A stretch of DNA of 44,262 nucleotides. It comes from Pseudonocardiaceae bacterium. Lineage in GTDB: Bacteria; Actinomycetota; Actinomycetes; Mycobacteriales; Pseudonocardiaceae. The notes beneath the pieces are model-generated. The model saw only the letters and a list, made by a program, of their open reading frames with translations. It made no database searches and was not told where the DNA came from. A program made the translations under genes and the position numbers. Positions within the stretch are counted from its first letter, which is position 1. Each line of letters begins with the position of its first letter. This document shows, in pieces, positions 1-8,741 of this stretch. The stretch covers positions 1 through 44,262 of the forward strand of contig DASQVB010000492.1 in assembly GCA_035640975.1 (NCBI GenBank), given 5' to 3'.

Positions 1-6
1 TGCCCC

Positions 7-20
7 GCCGGGCCGCGCCG
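7..20. repeat. left arm (GCCGGGCCGCGCCG) of a 14-bp inverted repeat; partner at 44249..44262
   Basis: Read directly: 7..20 is the exact reverse complement of 44249..44262. Joining the window ends gives a 14-bp GC stem with a 6-nt loop (nt 1..6, TGCCCC). Confidence 0.9.
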
Positions 21-26
21 GATGCT

Positions 27-1289
27 CTACGCCGTGAGGCCGGTTGCGGCAGCCATGCGGTTGCGTCGCTGCGCGCCAATCTGGAAAGGCCAGACCGCGC
101 CGTTCAGAAACCCGGTGGTGCCGGGGCTCCACAGGATGTCGCCGCCCGTGCCCTGGAGATCCGTCGCCCAAGTGGGCTTCTTGATCGAGCCCTGCACCAG
201 CACCAGATCCTCCATGTTGATCATGAACCAGTCCGAGTCGTAGATGTCAGGCAGGACATTGACGGCCTGACCGTTCCACGTCAGACCCGTGACGCCGCCG
301 ACCCTGCCGGCACCCAGGCCCTGCTCGCCGTTGTAGCGAACCTGGTTCTGGAGGATCGAGTAGAAGGCGGCCATCTGCTTCGCCGACGTGAAGGCCACGG
401 CGTTGTAGTTGCCCGACTTCTGAAACACCTTCGTCTGGAGATTCAGCGCCATGTCAAGCGAAAACGACGTGGTGGTCGTATCGACGTGCGCCGCCTTCCA
501 GTACTCGTTGCCCGCCGTCGCTGGGTTGATGCCGCCGAACGTGCCGGTGCCCGCCAGGTTGCGGAAGCCGTTCAGCTCGGTGTTCGGTGCCGTCGCCGAG
601 TTGGGGTTGGCGATATACACGAAGTGCGTGCCCGCCGTCGTGGAGATCGACGAGCCGATCGTGATCGACGGCGTGGCCTCCACTTCTTCCACGGCCGTGA
701 TGACCGACCCCGTGACCAGCGAATCGGTGTCCGCGGTCGTGCCGATATCCACCGGCAGGCCCGCGTACAAGTGGCCGCGCTGCAGGGCGCCGTAGCCGCG
801 GCCGCCCGACGAGCCGGGCAGCAGCTCCACTTCCGTGGCGGCGCCGCCCGTGGCGCACGCCGCCACGATGCTGTCACCGTTGCCGACGAGCTGGCGGGTG
901 CACTGGCGCGACATGTCGTTGATCGCGCCTTCCATCTCCAGCACCTTGCCGGCCACGATGGACTGACTCGAACCGCCCGTCTGGTTGAGCACCGCCGTCT
1001 CCAGAGCGACCTGAAACCAGTGGTAGACCAGCGTGTACGTTGCCTGCGCGAGACCCTGCTGGCCGGCGGGGTTCAGCACGCCACCCGCAGCGTTCGTGGA
1101 GGTGTAGCCCCCCGAACGCTGCGCATGGATCGGGACCTGGGCCTGAAGACCCATGTTGTCGACCTTCGTGCCGGGTGCGTCGCGGAGCTTCGCTAGCACC
1201 GGGTTCTCGTCGTAGAACTGCTTGAGCATCCGGTTGGATGTCCACACGTCCTTCACAGCGGATGCGATGCCGGCGATCGTCTGCGCCAT
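27..1289 (-). CDS. major capsid protein (putative)
   Basis: 420-aa ORF in portal-scaffold-capsid order, with SD GAGAGGA upstream of the ATG and a GC hairpin after the stop. Family assigned by size and position only. Confidence 0.7.
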   Translation of the reverse strand: MAQTIAGIASAVKDVWTSNRMLKQFYDENPVLAKLRDAPGTKVDNMGLQAQVPIHAQRSGGYTSTNAAGGVLNPAGQQGLAQATYTLVYHWFQVALETAVLNQTGGSSQSIVAGKVLEMEGAINDMSRQCTRQLVGNGDSIVAACATGGAATEVELLPGSSGGRGYGALQRGHLYAGLPVDIGTTADTDSLVTGSVITAVEEVEATPSITIGSSISTTAGTHFVYIANPNSATAPNTELNGFRNLAGTGTFGGINPATAGNEYWKAAHVDTTTTSFSLDMALNLQTKVFQKSGNYNAVAFTSAKQMAAFYSILQNQVRYNGEQGLGAGRVGGVTGLTWNGQAVNVLPDIYDSDWFMINMEDLVLVQGSIKKPTWATDLQGTGGDILWSPGTTGFLNGAVWPFQIGAQRRNRMAAATGLTA

Positions 1290-1412
1290 CTTCGCTCACC
1301 GTCCTCTCGGTTTAGGAGTTGACCTACACAACGGTCTTCTGTCTTTCCAGACCATCGCGCGGGTTTCCGAGGGGAAGGGGCCGCTTCGTCTGGTACTGCG
1401 TCACAACCCCGG

Positions 1413-2114
1413 CTAGGTCTCCTGCATCTGCAGGGCGGCGCGCTCGATAGCCATGCGGTCGCGCTCCCTGAGCTGCGCCGGGGACATCTCCATGATGTTC
1501 TCCTGCTGAGTGCCGGTCGTACCTGGCGCGATCGAGGTGGGCGTCTTGCCCTTCGCCCAGTCTCGCTGGGCGGCCTCGATGCGCGCCCTGTCGCGTGCCA
1601 CCAATGCATCGTAGGCGGCCTGGATGTCAGGCAGCCCCTCAACGTCGGCGGGCATGTTGATGGCCTGCGCCAGAACCAGACCGCGGTCCGCGTCGTCCAG
1701 GCTCTCGATCTTCGAGAGCCGCTCTTCCACGATCCGCGCCACCTGCGCCTCCTGGTCGCGCTGCTCGGCGGCGGTGAGCTTGCCTGAAAGCTCGTTCACC
1801 TGGGCCTGCAACGCTGCCATCGGATCGTCGGCGTCGTACTCGGGTTCCGGGTCGGGGATCTCCAGGTGATCCGAGAGGTTGAGGATCGCCGCAGCGCGGC
1901 GCATCTGCTCAGGGTCTCCGGACTGGAAGTCCTCGATGGCCTGCTCGTACTGGGAGAGGCGCGTAATCTTCGGGTCCGCACTTGCGCGAAAACCGTTGAA
2001 GCGCTGCTCCCAATCGACCTGCGGGGTTGTGTCCGTGCCGGGGGCCGTGATCGGGTCGGCATCGTGTCCTGCCTCAGGGGATCCGCTCTGCGGGTCCTGG
2101 TCTTCGAGGGCCAT
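1413..2114 (-). CDS. scaffolding protein (putative)
   Basis: 233 aa, strongly acidic and Ala/Glu/Gln-rich with a coiled-coil-like character, immediately upstream of the capsid gene. Confidence 0.6.
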   Translation of the reverse strand: MALEDQDPQSGSPEAGHDADPITAPGTDTTPQVDWEQRFNGFRASADPKITRLSQYEQAIEDFQSGDPEQMRRAAAILNLSDHLEIPDPEPEYDADDPMAALQAQVNELSGKLTAAEQRDQEAQVARIVEERLSKIESLDDADRGLVLAQAINMPADVEGLPDIQAAYDALVARDRARIEAAQRDWAKGKTPTSIAPGTTGTQQENIMEMSPAQLRERDRMAIERAALQMQET

Positions 2115-2176
2115 TGCCTGGTCCTATCTGGCGGGCCGCGCGGGGCGGGAACCGCCTAGTGGTTGTGGCCGGTTAG

Positions 2177-2190
2177 CCATGCGCGCATGG
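2177..2190. repeat. 14-bp perfect palindrome CCATGCGCGCATGG in the spacer upstream of the scaffold gene
   Basis: Read directly in the 100-nt non-coding gap 2115..2214. Confidence 0.7.
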
Positions 2191-2214
2191 TACGCCTGTT
2201 TGCGGCGGATTCGC

Positions 2215-2385
2215 CTAGCCGCGCTTGCGGACCTTCGCACGAGCCTTCTTCTTCTTGTCACCCGGCTTCTGGTTCTTCGCATTGGCCGTTGCGTAGAAGA
2301 CGCGCTCCGCGTCCTTGCCGTAGCGCTCGCGCATCTCACGCAGGACCCTTTCGCCGTGACCCCCGAAATACTTGGACTTGGGCAC
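2215..2385 (-). CDS. small basic protein, 56 aa, GTG start (absent from ORF track)
   Basis: GTG at 2385 abuts the portal stop (TAG-GTG) and has a GGAGGG SD just upstream. Hand translation: VPKSKYFGGHGERVLREMRERYGKDAERVFYATANAKNQKPGDKKKKARAKVRKRG*. Third codon positions are mostly G/C. Confidence 0.5.
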   Translation of the reverse strand: MPKSKYFGGHGERVLREMRERYGKDAERVFYATANAKNQKPGDKKKKARAKVRKRG

Positions 2386-4548
2386 CTAGCCCTCCTGCCC
2401 CGCGGGTGACGGCGTGGACGGCATCGGCTTGCCGTCCTGAGACTGAGGCTTCGCCGCGTTGCCCATGCCAAGCTCCTCGGCCTGCGCGGTCTGAGCCGCT
2501 AGCGCCTGAGCTTGCTGCTGTGCTTCCAGGGACTGAAAGCCGCGGTAGACCTCCATCGCCACCTCGTGCATTTCGGGCTCCAGGTTCGCCGCGTCCGGGG
2601 TCTTCAGCCACGTTTCGAAAACCCACTTCTGGACCTCCACGTTGTCGAACTCGCGTGGCATCCAGCCGGGGATCTCGGCCAGCTTCGGCTCGCCCGTCGC
2701 GACCACGCCGGTCTCCGGGTTCACAACCGGCTGACCGGTTGCCGGATCGATCAACGGCTCCGGTGCCGTCAACATCGGCGCCCCGGTCATCGGATCGATC
2801 TGCGGGCGCTTGGGCATGTCCCAGATCGAGCCATCCAGGATCTTCTGGATGACCATGTTCGCCCGTGCCTTGTCGAACTCAAAGGACTCGATCAACGACT
2901 CCGGGCTGGCGCCGTTCATGGCGATCTCGATCGCCACCTCTGGCCGCATGTAGCCGGGGAAGTTCGCCTGGATCCAGCCGAGCTGCGACAGCATCGCCTG
3001 ACGCGAGCGCGTCTCGATCGTGGCCGGATTCACCGTCACGTCGACCTGGCCCATGATGCTCGCCCCACGGAAGGACTGCACCGGCTCCCAGCCAAACCGA
3101 CCCCGGACCTTCAGGATGCGGTCTTCGTTGTAATGGTGCTGGGCGAGCAGCAGGCAATGCCTCGCGATCGCCGAATCCCACGAGGCCAAATCTTCGAGGA
3201 AGGAGCTCCAGCGGTTCGCCGCCTGCTGGATGACCTGTTGCACCGCGCCGGCCGCGACGTTCGGGGCCACGTCCACGTCCGTGTCGGCGGCGACATAACG
3301 CATGTCCTGAAGCGCCCGGTCCAGAATCTGCATGAGCTGGCCTATCAAGCCAGGGTCCGGGGAGCGCTCCCACTCGGGCTTGTAGCCGCCCACCGGGTTG
3401 TAATAGATGATCTCGCCCGGCTCGTCGGATGGCGCCTGATCCAGCGAGCCCTTCGGGGCCAGCATCTGCAACCGCAAACCGCGGTTCTTTATCTCGATGA
3501 TCTTGTTATACGTGTCATTGAGGGTGCGCTGGAAGTCGATCAGCTCCCACGTCAGGCCCAGGTCGCGCTCGTTGTCGGGGTCCAGCCGGTAGGACAGGCG
3601 GTGGATGCACGGCTCGTCGAGCACTCGCGCCGGCTCGCCCCTGGATTCAGGCTGCACCATCGGATAGTGCATCGGCGGGACGATCATCCGCCCACCCGCG
3701 AGCGTGAGCATCCGGCCATCCCTGTAGCGCGGGGACGGACGCTCGAAGTACAGCGTCACCATCACCATGTCCTCGTCGGGCCTATCGATCGGGATGTCCT
3801 TCGTGGACGCGTCCGGTTGAAGAACGCCGCCGATAAAGCCGTGCATCTGCTGCACCTCGGCGATCGGCCGAGCCGTCTCCCAGGCATGCCAGCGCGAATG
3901 GTAGAACTCGGTCCCGGGCTCCCAGAAGACCTCGTTGCCGTTGCCCACCAGGACCTTGATCTCGCCCTCGCCCACCAGTCGGTCCGGGGAACCGTCCTCA
4001 GGGTCGCCGGGCACCATCCGAAACGGACCCACCATCGGATCGAAGTACGGCAGCGCGAACGCCGAGCCACCCTCGCCGATCGCCGTCGTGACCGCCTTCA
4101 CCCGGGCCTCGCGCAGATACCAGCGCTTGTAGCCCTGGCGCAGCAGCTTGCCCGCAAGCTGCGATGCCTCGGTGTCCTCCGGGTCCGTGGAGCTCGGATT
4201 GACCTCATAGCCGGGTACGCGCGTGGTGCTCGATGACACCTTCGCGTCGACCATCGGCCGGATGAAGTTGTACTTGTTGCGCACCCGATGGCGGGGCTTG
4301 CCGGCGTTCACGCCCGGGGCCGTGAACTGCTGATTCAGAGCGCCCTTGTTATCTAGGTAGAAGTAGGCTTCGCCCTTCAAAAACAGCGAGCACAGCCGCC
4401 GCTTGTGGGCGTCACGCTTCATCCATGCCCGACCACGCTCCAGGCGCTTGCGCACATCCGGCGGAACCTCGATCGGCTTCAACGGCGCGGGCTCGGGAGG
4501 CTCGTCAGCCTTGCCGAGCACGCGGCGGGCACCGTCCAGGACGCTCAC
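2386..4548 (-). CDS. portal protein (putative)
   Basis: 720-aa ORF, the largest in the head module, upstream of scaffold and capsid. ATGA overlap with the upstream gene. Assigned by size and synteny. Confidence 0.6.
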   Translation of the reverse strand: MSVLDGARRVLGKADEPPEPAPLKPIEVPPDVRKRLERGRAWMKRDAHKRRLCSLFLKGEAYFYLDNKGALNQQFTAPGVNAGKPRHRVRNKYNFIRPMVDAKVSSSTTRVPGYEVNPSSTDPEDTEASQLAGKLLRQGYKRWYLREARVKAVTTAIGEGGSAFALPYFDPMVGPFRMVPGDPEDGSPDRLVGEGEIKVLVGNGNEVFWEPGTEFYHSRWHAWETARPIAEVQQMHGFIGGVLQPDASTKDIPIDRPDEDMVMVTLYFERPSPRYRDGRMLTLAGGRMIVPPMHYPMVQPESRGEPARVLDEPCIHRLSYRLDPDNERDLGLTWELIDFQRTLNDTYNKIIEIKNRGLRLQMLAPKGSLDQAPSDEPGEIIYYNPVGGYKPEWERSPDPGLIGQLMQILDRALQDMRYVAADTDVDVAPNVAAGAVQQVIQQAANRWSSFLEDLASWDSAIARHCLLLAQHHYNEDRILKVRGRFGWEPVQSFRGASIMGQVDVTVNPATIETRSRQAMLSQLGWIQANFPGYMRPEVAIEIAMNGASPESLIESFEFDKARANMVIQKILDGSIWDMPKRPQIDPMTGAPMLTAPEPLIDPATGQPVVNPETGVVATGEPKLAEIPGWMPREFDNVEVQKWVFETWLKTPDAANLEPEMHEVAMEVYRGFQSLEAQQQAQALAAQTAQAEELGMGNAAKPQSQDGKPMPSTPSPAGQEG

Positions 4549-4772
4549 CGCAGAGCCTCGGCCATCGCCTCGCGCGAAACGTGGTGGGCTTCGTCGTCAT
4601 CCCAACCCACGGCAGGCGGGGACACGGGAAGCTGCCCCATCGCGTGCGCGGTCACCGCAACTTCCGGGGCCTGGATGCGTTGCAGCAACGCCTGGCGTTC
4701 ACGACTCGCGGACCACACGTACAGGCCGAAGGCGACCACCTGGGCCACGCACACGATCGTCAGGTAGATCAC
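4545..4772 (-). CDS. small membrane protein
   Basis: 75 aa with an N-terminal hydrophobic helix (IYLTIVCVAQVVAFGLYVW). Start and stop overlap both neighbouring genes. Confidence 0.5.
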   Translation of the reverse strand: MIYLTIVCVAQVVAFGLYVWSASRERQALLQRIQAPEVAVTAHAMGQLPVSPPAVGWDDDEAHHVSREAMAEALR

Positions 4773-5455
4773 GGCAGCTCCGCGAACTCGACATAGCTGC
4801 CCGCCTTGGCCGTAATGGCCGATGATGCGACCTCGCTGGCGAAACGAGCGACGACGGTCCCGGCGGCAGATGGTGCGATCACGCCCTCGATGATCGCAAG
4901 GTTCCCGGCGGCGACGCTGGACAGGTTGCTCGCGGCCGGAAGGTTGTAAGCGGTCAGGCCCGCGTTCACCGTCTCGCTGGTAGCCGTCAGGGTGTACTGC
5001 GAGCGGTAGGACACACGCGTGGTGGCCGGGCCGTTGATGGCCCAGCGCGAGCCGGTCGTAGCCGCCGCGGCCGTGTAGTCGACGGTGAAGCTGAAGCAGT
5101 AGCGCTTGCCTGCCGCGACGGGGAAGCCAAGCCCCGTCACGTCCTGCAATGTGTTCGCCACAGCGTTGGCGTTGACCACGTCAGCGCCAAGCACTACACG
5201 CGTGATGCCGGCTGCGCCCGTGGGACCCGTCTGCCCCGTGTCGCCCTTGACGCCCGGATCGCCCTTGTCTCCCTTTGGTCCGGGCACCGTAGAGGCGGGT
5301 CCGGAATCGCCCGTCGGGCCGCGCGGCCCCTCAAGCGAGGCGAGAAAATCATCCACCGTCCCCACATTACCCGCCTCCAGCCACAGCTCATAGGCACTCA
5401 GTCCGGACGGTCCTTCCCCCAGCCCGGGGATGTGAGGGACGTTCAAAACCGGCAT
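4769..5455 (-). CDS. collagen-like-repeat fibre / receptor-binding-like protein
   Basis: 228 aa. SAYELWLEAGNVGTVDDFLASLEG motif, then G-X-Y triplets (GPRGPTGDSGP..GPKGDKGDPGVKGDTGQTGPTGAAG), then a beta-rich C-terminal domain. This architecture is typical of actinophage minor tail/fibre proteins. Confidence 0.65.
   Translation of the reverse strand: MPVLNVPHIPGLGEGPSGLSAYELWLEAGNVGTVDDFLASLEGPRGPTGDSGPASTVPGPKGDKGDPGVKGDTGQTGPTGAAGITRVVLGADVVNANAVANTLQDVTGLGFPVAAGKRYCFSFTVDYTAAAATTGSRWAINGPATTRVSYRSQYTLTATSETVNAGLTAYNLPAASNLSSVAAGNLAIIEGVIAPSAAGTVVARFASEVASSAITAKAGSYVEFAELP
5207..5329 (-). repeat. coding G-X-Y (collagen-like) triplet repeat
   Basis: Residues G43-G83 of the 228-aa protein; coordinates derived from codon counting. 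Confidence 0.7.
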
Positions 5456-5507
5456 TGCTGCTCACCGTACCGGCTGGTACCGACGCACCGGACTACGGGG
5501 TGCCACG

Positions 5508-6083
5508 TCAGGCACGCGACAGGATGCAGGCCACGCCGGGCTGACGGACCCCGTTGCCCGCCATGATCGGCGCGACCATCGCCACCACAGCGTCGGTGCC
5601 GTCGTAGGTTTGCGCGGTCGCGGCCTGGTCAAGCTGCCAGCCATCCACGAAGAACGTGCGCGATGCTGCGACCACGCGCGACATGACGCGCAGGTCGACC
5701 AGTCGCACGCCGGTCGCCCCCGACGTGAACGTGACCGCCGCGCGCTGGTAGTCATCCGTGCCGGTGAAAGTGTCCTGCACGTTGGCGACATGAGCACCCG
5801 CCGCCGTGTACTGCGCGCCGAAGACCGTGAAGTCCTCGCCGCTGGGGAAGTCCACGTAGACCGACAGCGTGTGCTGCGTGGACGCGAGAATCGTTGCCCC
5901 GGTTGTGATGCCGCTCGTGGAGGACAAGCCCTCGAAGTCCCCCGCGCCGCCCGTGACCACCTTCGCCGCCCATGAGCCCCAGCACGGATTCGTACTGTCG
6001 CGCGTGACGGTCGCGGAATTCTGCGCCACCCACGGGACAAGCGTGGTCTCGTACGCGCCCCCCGCCGCGATAGCGATGCTCAC
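5508..6083 (-). CDS. beta-sandwich protein, carbohydrate-binding-module-like (putative)
   Basis: Track ORF 5508..6143 trimmed to the in-frame GTG at 6083, just after the upstream stop (6091). 191 aa, beta-rich, with a pattern resembling CBM4/9-type jelly rolls. The fold call is by eye only. Confidence 0.4.
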   Translation of the reverse strand: MSIAIAAGGAYETTLVPWVAQNSATVTRDSTNPCWGSWAAKVVTGGAGDFEGLSSTSGITTGATILASTQHTLSVYVDFPSGEDFTVFGAQYTAAGAHVANVQDTFTGTDDYQRAAVTFTSGATGVRLVDLRVMSRVVAASRTFFVDGWQLDQAATAQTYDGTDAVVAMVAPIMAGNGVRQPGVACILSRA

Positions 6084-6090
6084 GGCAGGC

Positions 6091-6384
6091 TCAAAACTCC
6101 ACGATGGTGTAGACCGTGGAGGCCCCCGTGGCGATACTCGCAATCGCCCCGTCCCACTCGTTGGAAGTCCACGAGCCGCCCGCCGCGTTGAGGCGAATGC
6201 CCTGACCGACCACGGCTGTGGGCGCCACGTCGCGCCTCGTGGCGAGCTGCAAATAGATCACCTGCGTGGCGTGATCGTTGACGATCGTTATCTCGCGGCG
6301 ACCCAGGTTCGCGCCAACCACGGCCGCGGAGGCCACACCGGCTGTGCCGGTCCCTGAGATGTTCGCTGCGAGGACGCCGCTCAT
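6091..6384 (-). CDS. hypothetical protein (97 aa)
   Basis: C-terminal 97 codons of track ORF 6091..7110. The ATG at 6384 overlaps the upstream stop (ATGA). The rest of that track ORF is an Arg/Pro/Ala-rich overprint of genes 6381..7093. Confidence 0.5.
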   Translation of the reverse strand: MSGVLAANISGTGTAGVASAAVVGANLGRREITIVNDHATQVIYLQLATRRDVAPTAVVGQGIRLNAAGGSWTSNEWDGAIASIATGASTVYTIVEF

Positions 6385-6731
6385 GCCGCCACCGGCTTGG
6401 TCTTCGCATCGCGACGCCGGTAGCCCGCGGACTCCAGCGCGTCGATCGCCTGCAACTCCTTCTTGGCGGCGTCCAGCTCGTCGGCCAGTTCGAGCGCCAG
6501 GTCCTCGGCCTCCTCGGCGCGGGTCTTCATCGCCTCGAACTCCTGGATGGACGGGTAGCCCAGCAGCTCCCACGCCTGCCGCACCGCCGTGGCCGACAGG
6601 TAGACATGGTTGTCGAAGCCGGGCATCTCCGAACCCGTGTCGATCCAACGCTCGCCCACGGCGGTCTGGCCGATGAACGGGATTGCCGCGCAATGCATCG
6701 GCCGGCAGTGCGGCCGATCCACGATCCTCAT
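6381..6731 (-). CDS. hypothetical protein with C-terminal coiled coil
   Basis: 116 aa, with ATGA overlaps on both sides. C-terminal EEAEDLALELADELDAAKKELQAIDALE heptad-like stretch. Confidence 0.55.
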   Translation of the reverse strand: MRIVDRPHCRPMHCAAIPFIGQTAVGERWIDTGSEMPGFDNHVYLSATAVRQAWELLGYPSIQEFEAMKTRAEEAEDLALELADELDAAKKELQAIDALESAGYRRRDAKTKPVAA

Positions 6732-7093
6732 CGGGTGCCCGTCTCCGAACGCACCGCGCCGGACAGGACCAGCAGATGCTCGGGATCCATGTCGCGCAGC
6801 GCCTCGCGGCCCTTACGCATGTCGCTGCCCTCCACCTTCGCGGTGATCTCGCCGTCCTCGATCGTGATAACAGCCTTCTTCGTGGGGGTGCCAAGCTCGG
6901 CGTCCTGAAGCGGCAGATCGTGCTTGTCGCCACGTCGCGAGCCTGGACCGGGCGTCTTGTACTCGACGGCGCCGCCCTCGTCGCGAGTGACCTGACCCTC
7001 GTCGCGCTTGTCGGTCGCGGCCTGCACGCCCGTGCCCTGCTTCTGCTGCTCACGATCCTTCTTGGTGTCCGTGTCGATGTTGCGCTCCGCCAT
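6728..7093 (-). CDS. hypothetical charged protein
   Basis: 121 aa, K/D/E/R-rich, with a strong SD (AAGGAGAGG) upstream of ATG 7093. Confidence 0.55.
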   Translation of the reverse strand: MAERNIDTDTKKDREQQKQGTGVQAATDKRDEGQVTRDEGGAVEYKTPGPGSRRGDKHDLPLQDAELGTPTKKAVITIEDGEITAKVEGSDMRKGREALRDMDPEHLLVLSGAVRSETGTR

Positions 7094-7146
7094 GGGACCT
7101 CTCCTTGCAAGGGGATGTGACGCGGAGCGTACCCCTCAATCCGGCG

Positions 7147-8721
7147 TCACGACAGGGCACCCATCGGCGGCGCCGGGCCGGGCGGGCCATGAATCTCATG
7201 GCCCTTCAGGGCCCTCCCCGGCCGCCAGCCCAGATTACGCTCCGCTGCCCGGGCTTCCATCTGCGGGTACCAGGGCCGCGCCATGCACTGGTAGCGCAAC
7301 GTGGCGAGCCGGTGAAAGGTGGAGTCGTCGCCTGGCCCGATCGTCTCGTCGTCGTCCATCTCCCAGGCGAACTCGTCGGCCTCGTCGCGCAACCCCAGGC
7401 AGGACTCGAACACGAACAGGCGCTTGTGCTTCAGACGATCACGGATCTGCTGCTGACCCGCCTCACGGTCGCGGTTGCCATTCATCGTGAACAATCCCAG
7501 ACGGGTGAGCTCGGACTGAACAGTGTCCCCCGTGGCCTGCGAACGCTGGCGGGCCGCGGGATCGATGACGAACAGGACATCCTGTCGCGTCAGCCCCCAC
7601 GCGCTCAGCATCCGATCGATGCCCGCCACGTACGCGGAGGGCGTGCCATCCTGGATCAACAGCTCGTCATAGATCCAGTCGGTACCGTGCTGATCGAAGC
7701 CGCCCGCCACCACGGCGGCGTTGCGGATGCCGGGGTCGATGGCCCACACGTGCTCAAGCGTGCGCACGAAGTCCGCGCCACGGGCCGGGATCACCCGGGA
7801 TTCCATCTCGGCGTAGATCAGCCCGGCAGCGTCCATGAAATCACCAAACTCGCGGGCCTGGCGCCAGATGTCGTTCTTGTAGGCCGCCAGGATGCGCTCG
7901 ATCGCCTGGCGCGGCAGCTTCGGGTTGTCGCGCATCGCCCACTTGCAGATCGTGATGTTGGGGTCCTCGCGGTTGCGCCACAGCACGCGCCGGATCCAGC
8001 CGACGTTGCTCTTGAGCGGCGTCATCGTGAACCACTCCGGACCGTCTGATTGCAGCAGCCGCGTTATGCACTCGTCACGGTGGCCCTGCGGCGGTGGCTC
8101 GTCGTAAAGCACCCAGTCGATCGTCGCCGACGTGAGCGTGGACGGGTCCTGCTTGTAGGTCTTGAAAGTGATCGTGGAGCCGCTGGCGAAGGTGAGCTGC
8201 ATCCGCTCGCCGTTGAAAGCCTTGCCCCAGTTGCCTCCCTTGAGGGCCTGCTTGGGACACCACTTCTCGATCGTCGGCTTCAGCGAATCGAAAATCTTGT
8301 CCTCGGTGGGGCACAAAATCCAACCGTGCGAGGGCGCCTCGAACTGCTTGAAGGGCACCAGGTGCCCGGGCACCAGCTCACGCGGCAGGACCTGGATCAG
8401 CGCCTTGACGATGCCGATCGTCGTCTTGCCCGACTGGTTGCCGCAGAGCGCCAGAACCACCTTCGTGATCGCCGCCAGGAAGGCAAGCTGCTCGCGCTTG
8501 CCGTCCGTCGGGCTCGGCTCATGCGGCTTGAAGGCGTTCAGCGGGTTGGCCGCCACGACGCGCTCGATCTCCTTGAGGATCTGCCGCGCCGCCTCCTGCT
8601 TCTCGGGTGGGAGCTTCGACAGATCCACGTCGGGCGCCCCGACGAAGCGCTCTAGCTCCTCGTACTGAGCTGCGATGCGCCGCGCCTGCTCCTTCAAGGT
8701 TGGCTCGGCGAGAGTGGCCAC
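7147..8721 (-). CDS. terL: terminase large subunit
   Basis: Walker A GNQSGKTT, Walker B VLYDE, and RNaseH-like nuclease motifs (WAIDPG, VIDPAA). Start trimmed to GTG 8721, the first in-frame start after the HNH stop at 8742. Confidence 0.85.
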   Translation of the reverse strand: MATLAEPTLKEQARRIAAQYEELERFVGAPDVDLSKLPPEKQEAARQILKEIERVVAANPLNAFKPHEPSPTDGKREQLAFLAAITKVVLALCGNQSGKTTIGIVKALIQVLPRELVPGHLVPFKQFEAPSHGWILCPTEDKIFDSLKPTIEKWCPKQALKGGNWGKAFNGERMQLTFASGSTITFKTYKQDPSTLTSATIDWVLYDEPPPQGHRDECITRLLQSDGPEWFTMTPLKSNVGWIRRVLWRNREDPNITICKWAMRDNPKLPRQAIERILAAYKNDIWRQAREFGDFMDAAGLIYAEMESRVIPARGADFVRTLEHVWAIDPGIRNAAVVAGGFDQHGTDWIYDELLIQDGTPSAYVAGIDRMLSAWGLTRQDVLFVIDPAARQRSQATGDTVQSELTRLGLFTMNGNRDREAGQQQIRDRLKHKRLFVFESCLGLRDEADEFAWEMDDDETIGPGDDSTFHRLATLRYQCMARPWYPQMEARAAERNLGWRPGRALKGHEIHGPPGPAPPMGALS

Positions 8722-8741
8722 GCCAAGATTCTCGCAGCGAG

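Noticed and set aside
1-20. The 14-bp terminal inverted repeat, considered as the ends of a transposon or of a linear plasmid/phage with covalently closed or protein-capped termini.
   Set aside because: The arms are short and lie in an intergenic gap of a continuous same-strand gene series. Together they make an ordinary post-gene hairpin when the ends are joined, and no transposase, telomere resolvase or terminal-protein/PolB genes are present.
2512-4236. 574-aa plus-strand ORF antisense to the portal gene. Similar long antisense or out-of-frame ORFs occur at 9482..10678, 32086..33366, 41103..42662, 40057..40893 and 7105..8049.
   Set aside because: Their products are Arg/Pro/Ala/Gly/His-rich low-complexity strings with no SD or coupling. 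They are typical open shadow frames of a high-GC genome, and the opposite-strand genes carry clear motifs and coupled starts.
6385-7110. N-terminal 240 aa of the 339-aa track ORF 6091..7110.
   Set aside because: It overprints two well-coupled genes (6381..6731, 6728..7093) and is Arg/Pro/Ala-rich. Only the last 97 codons, starting at an ATGA-coupled ATG, look genuine.
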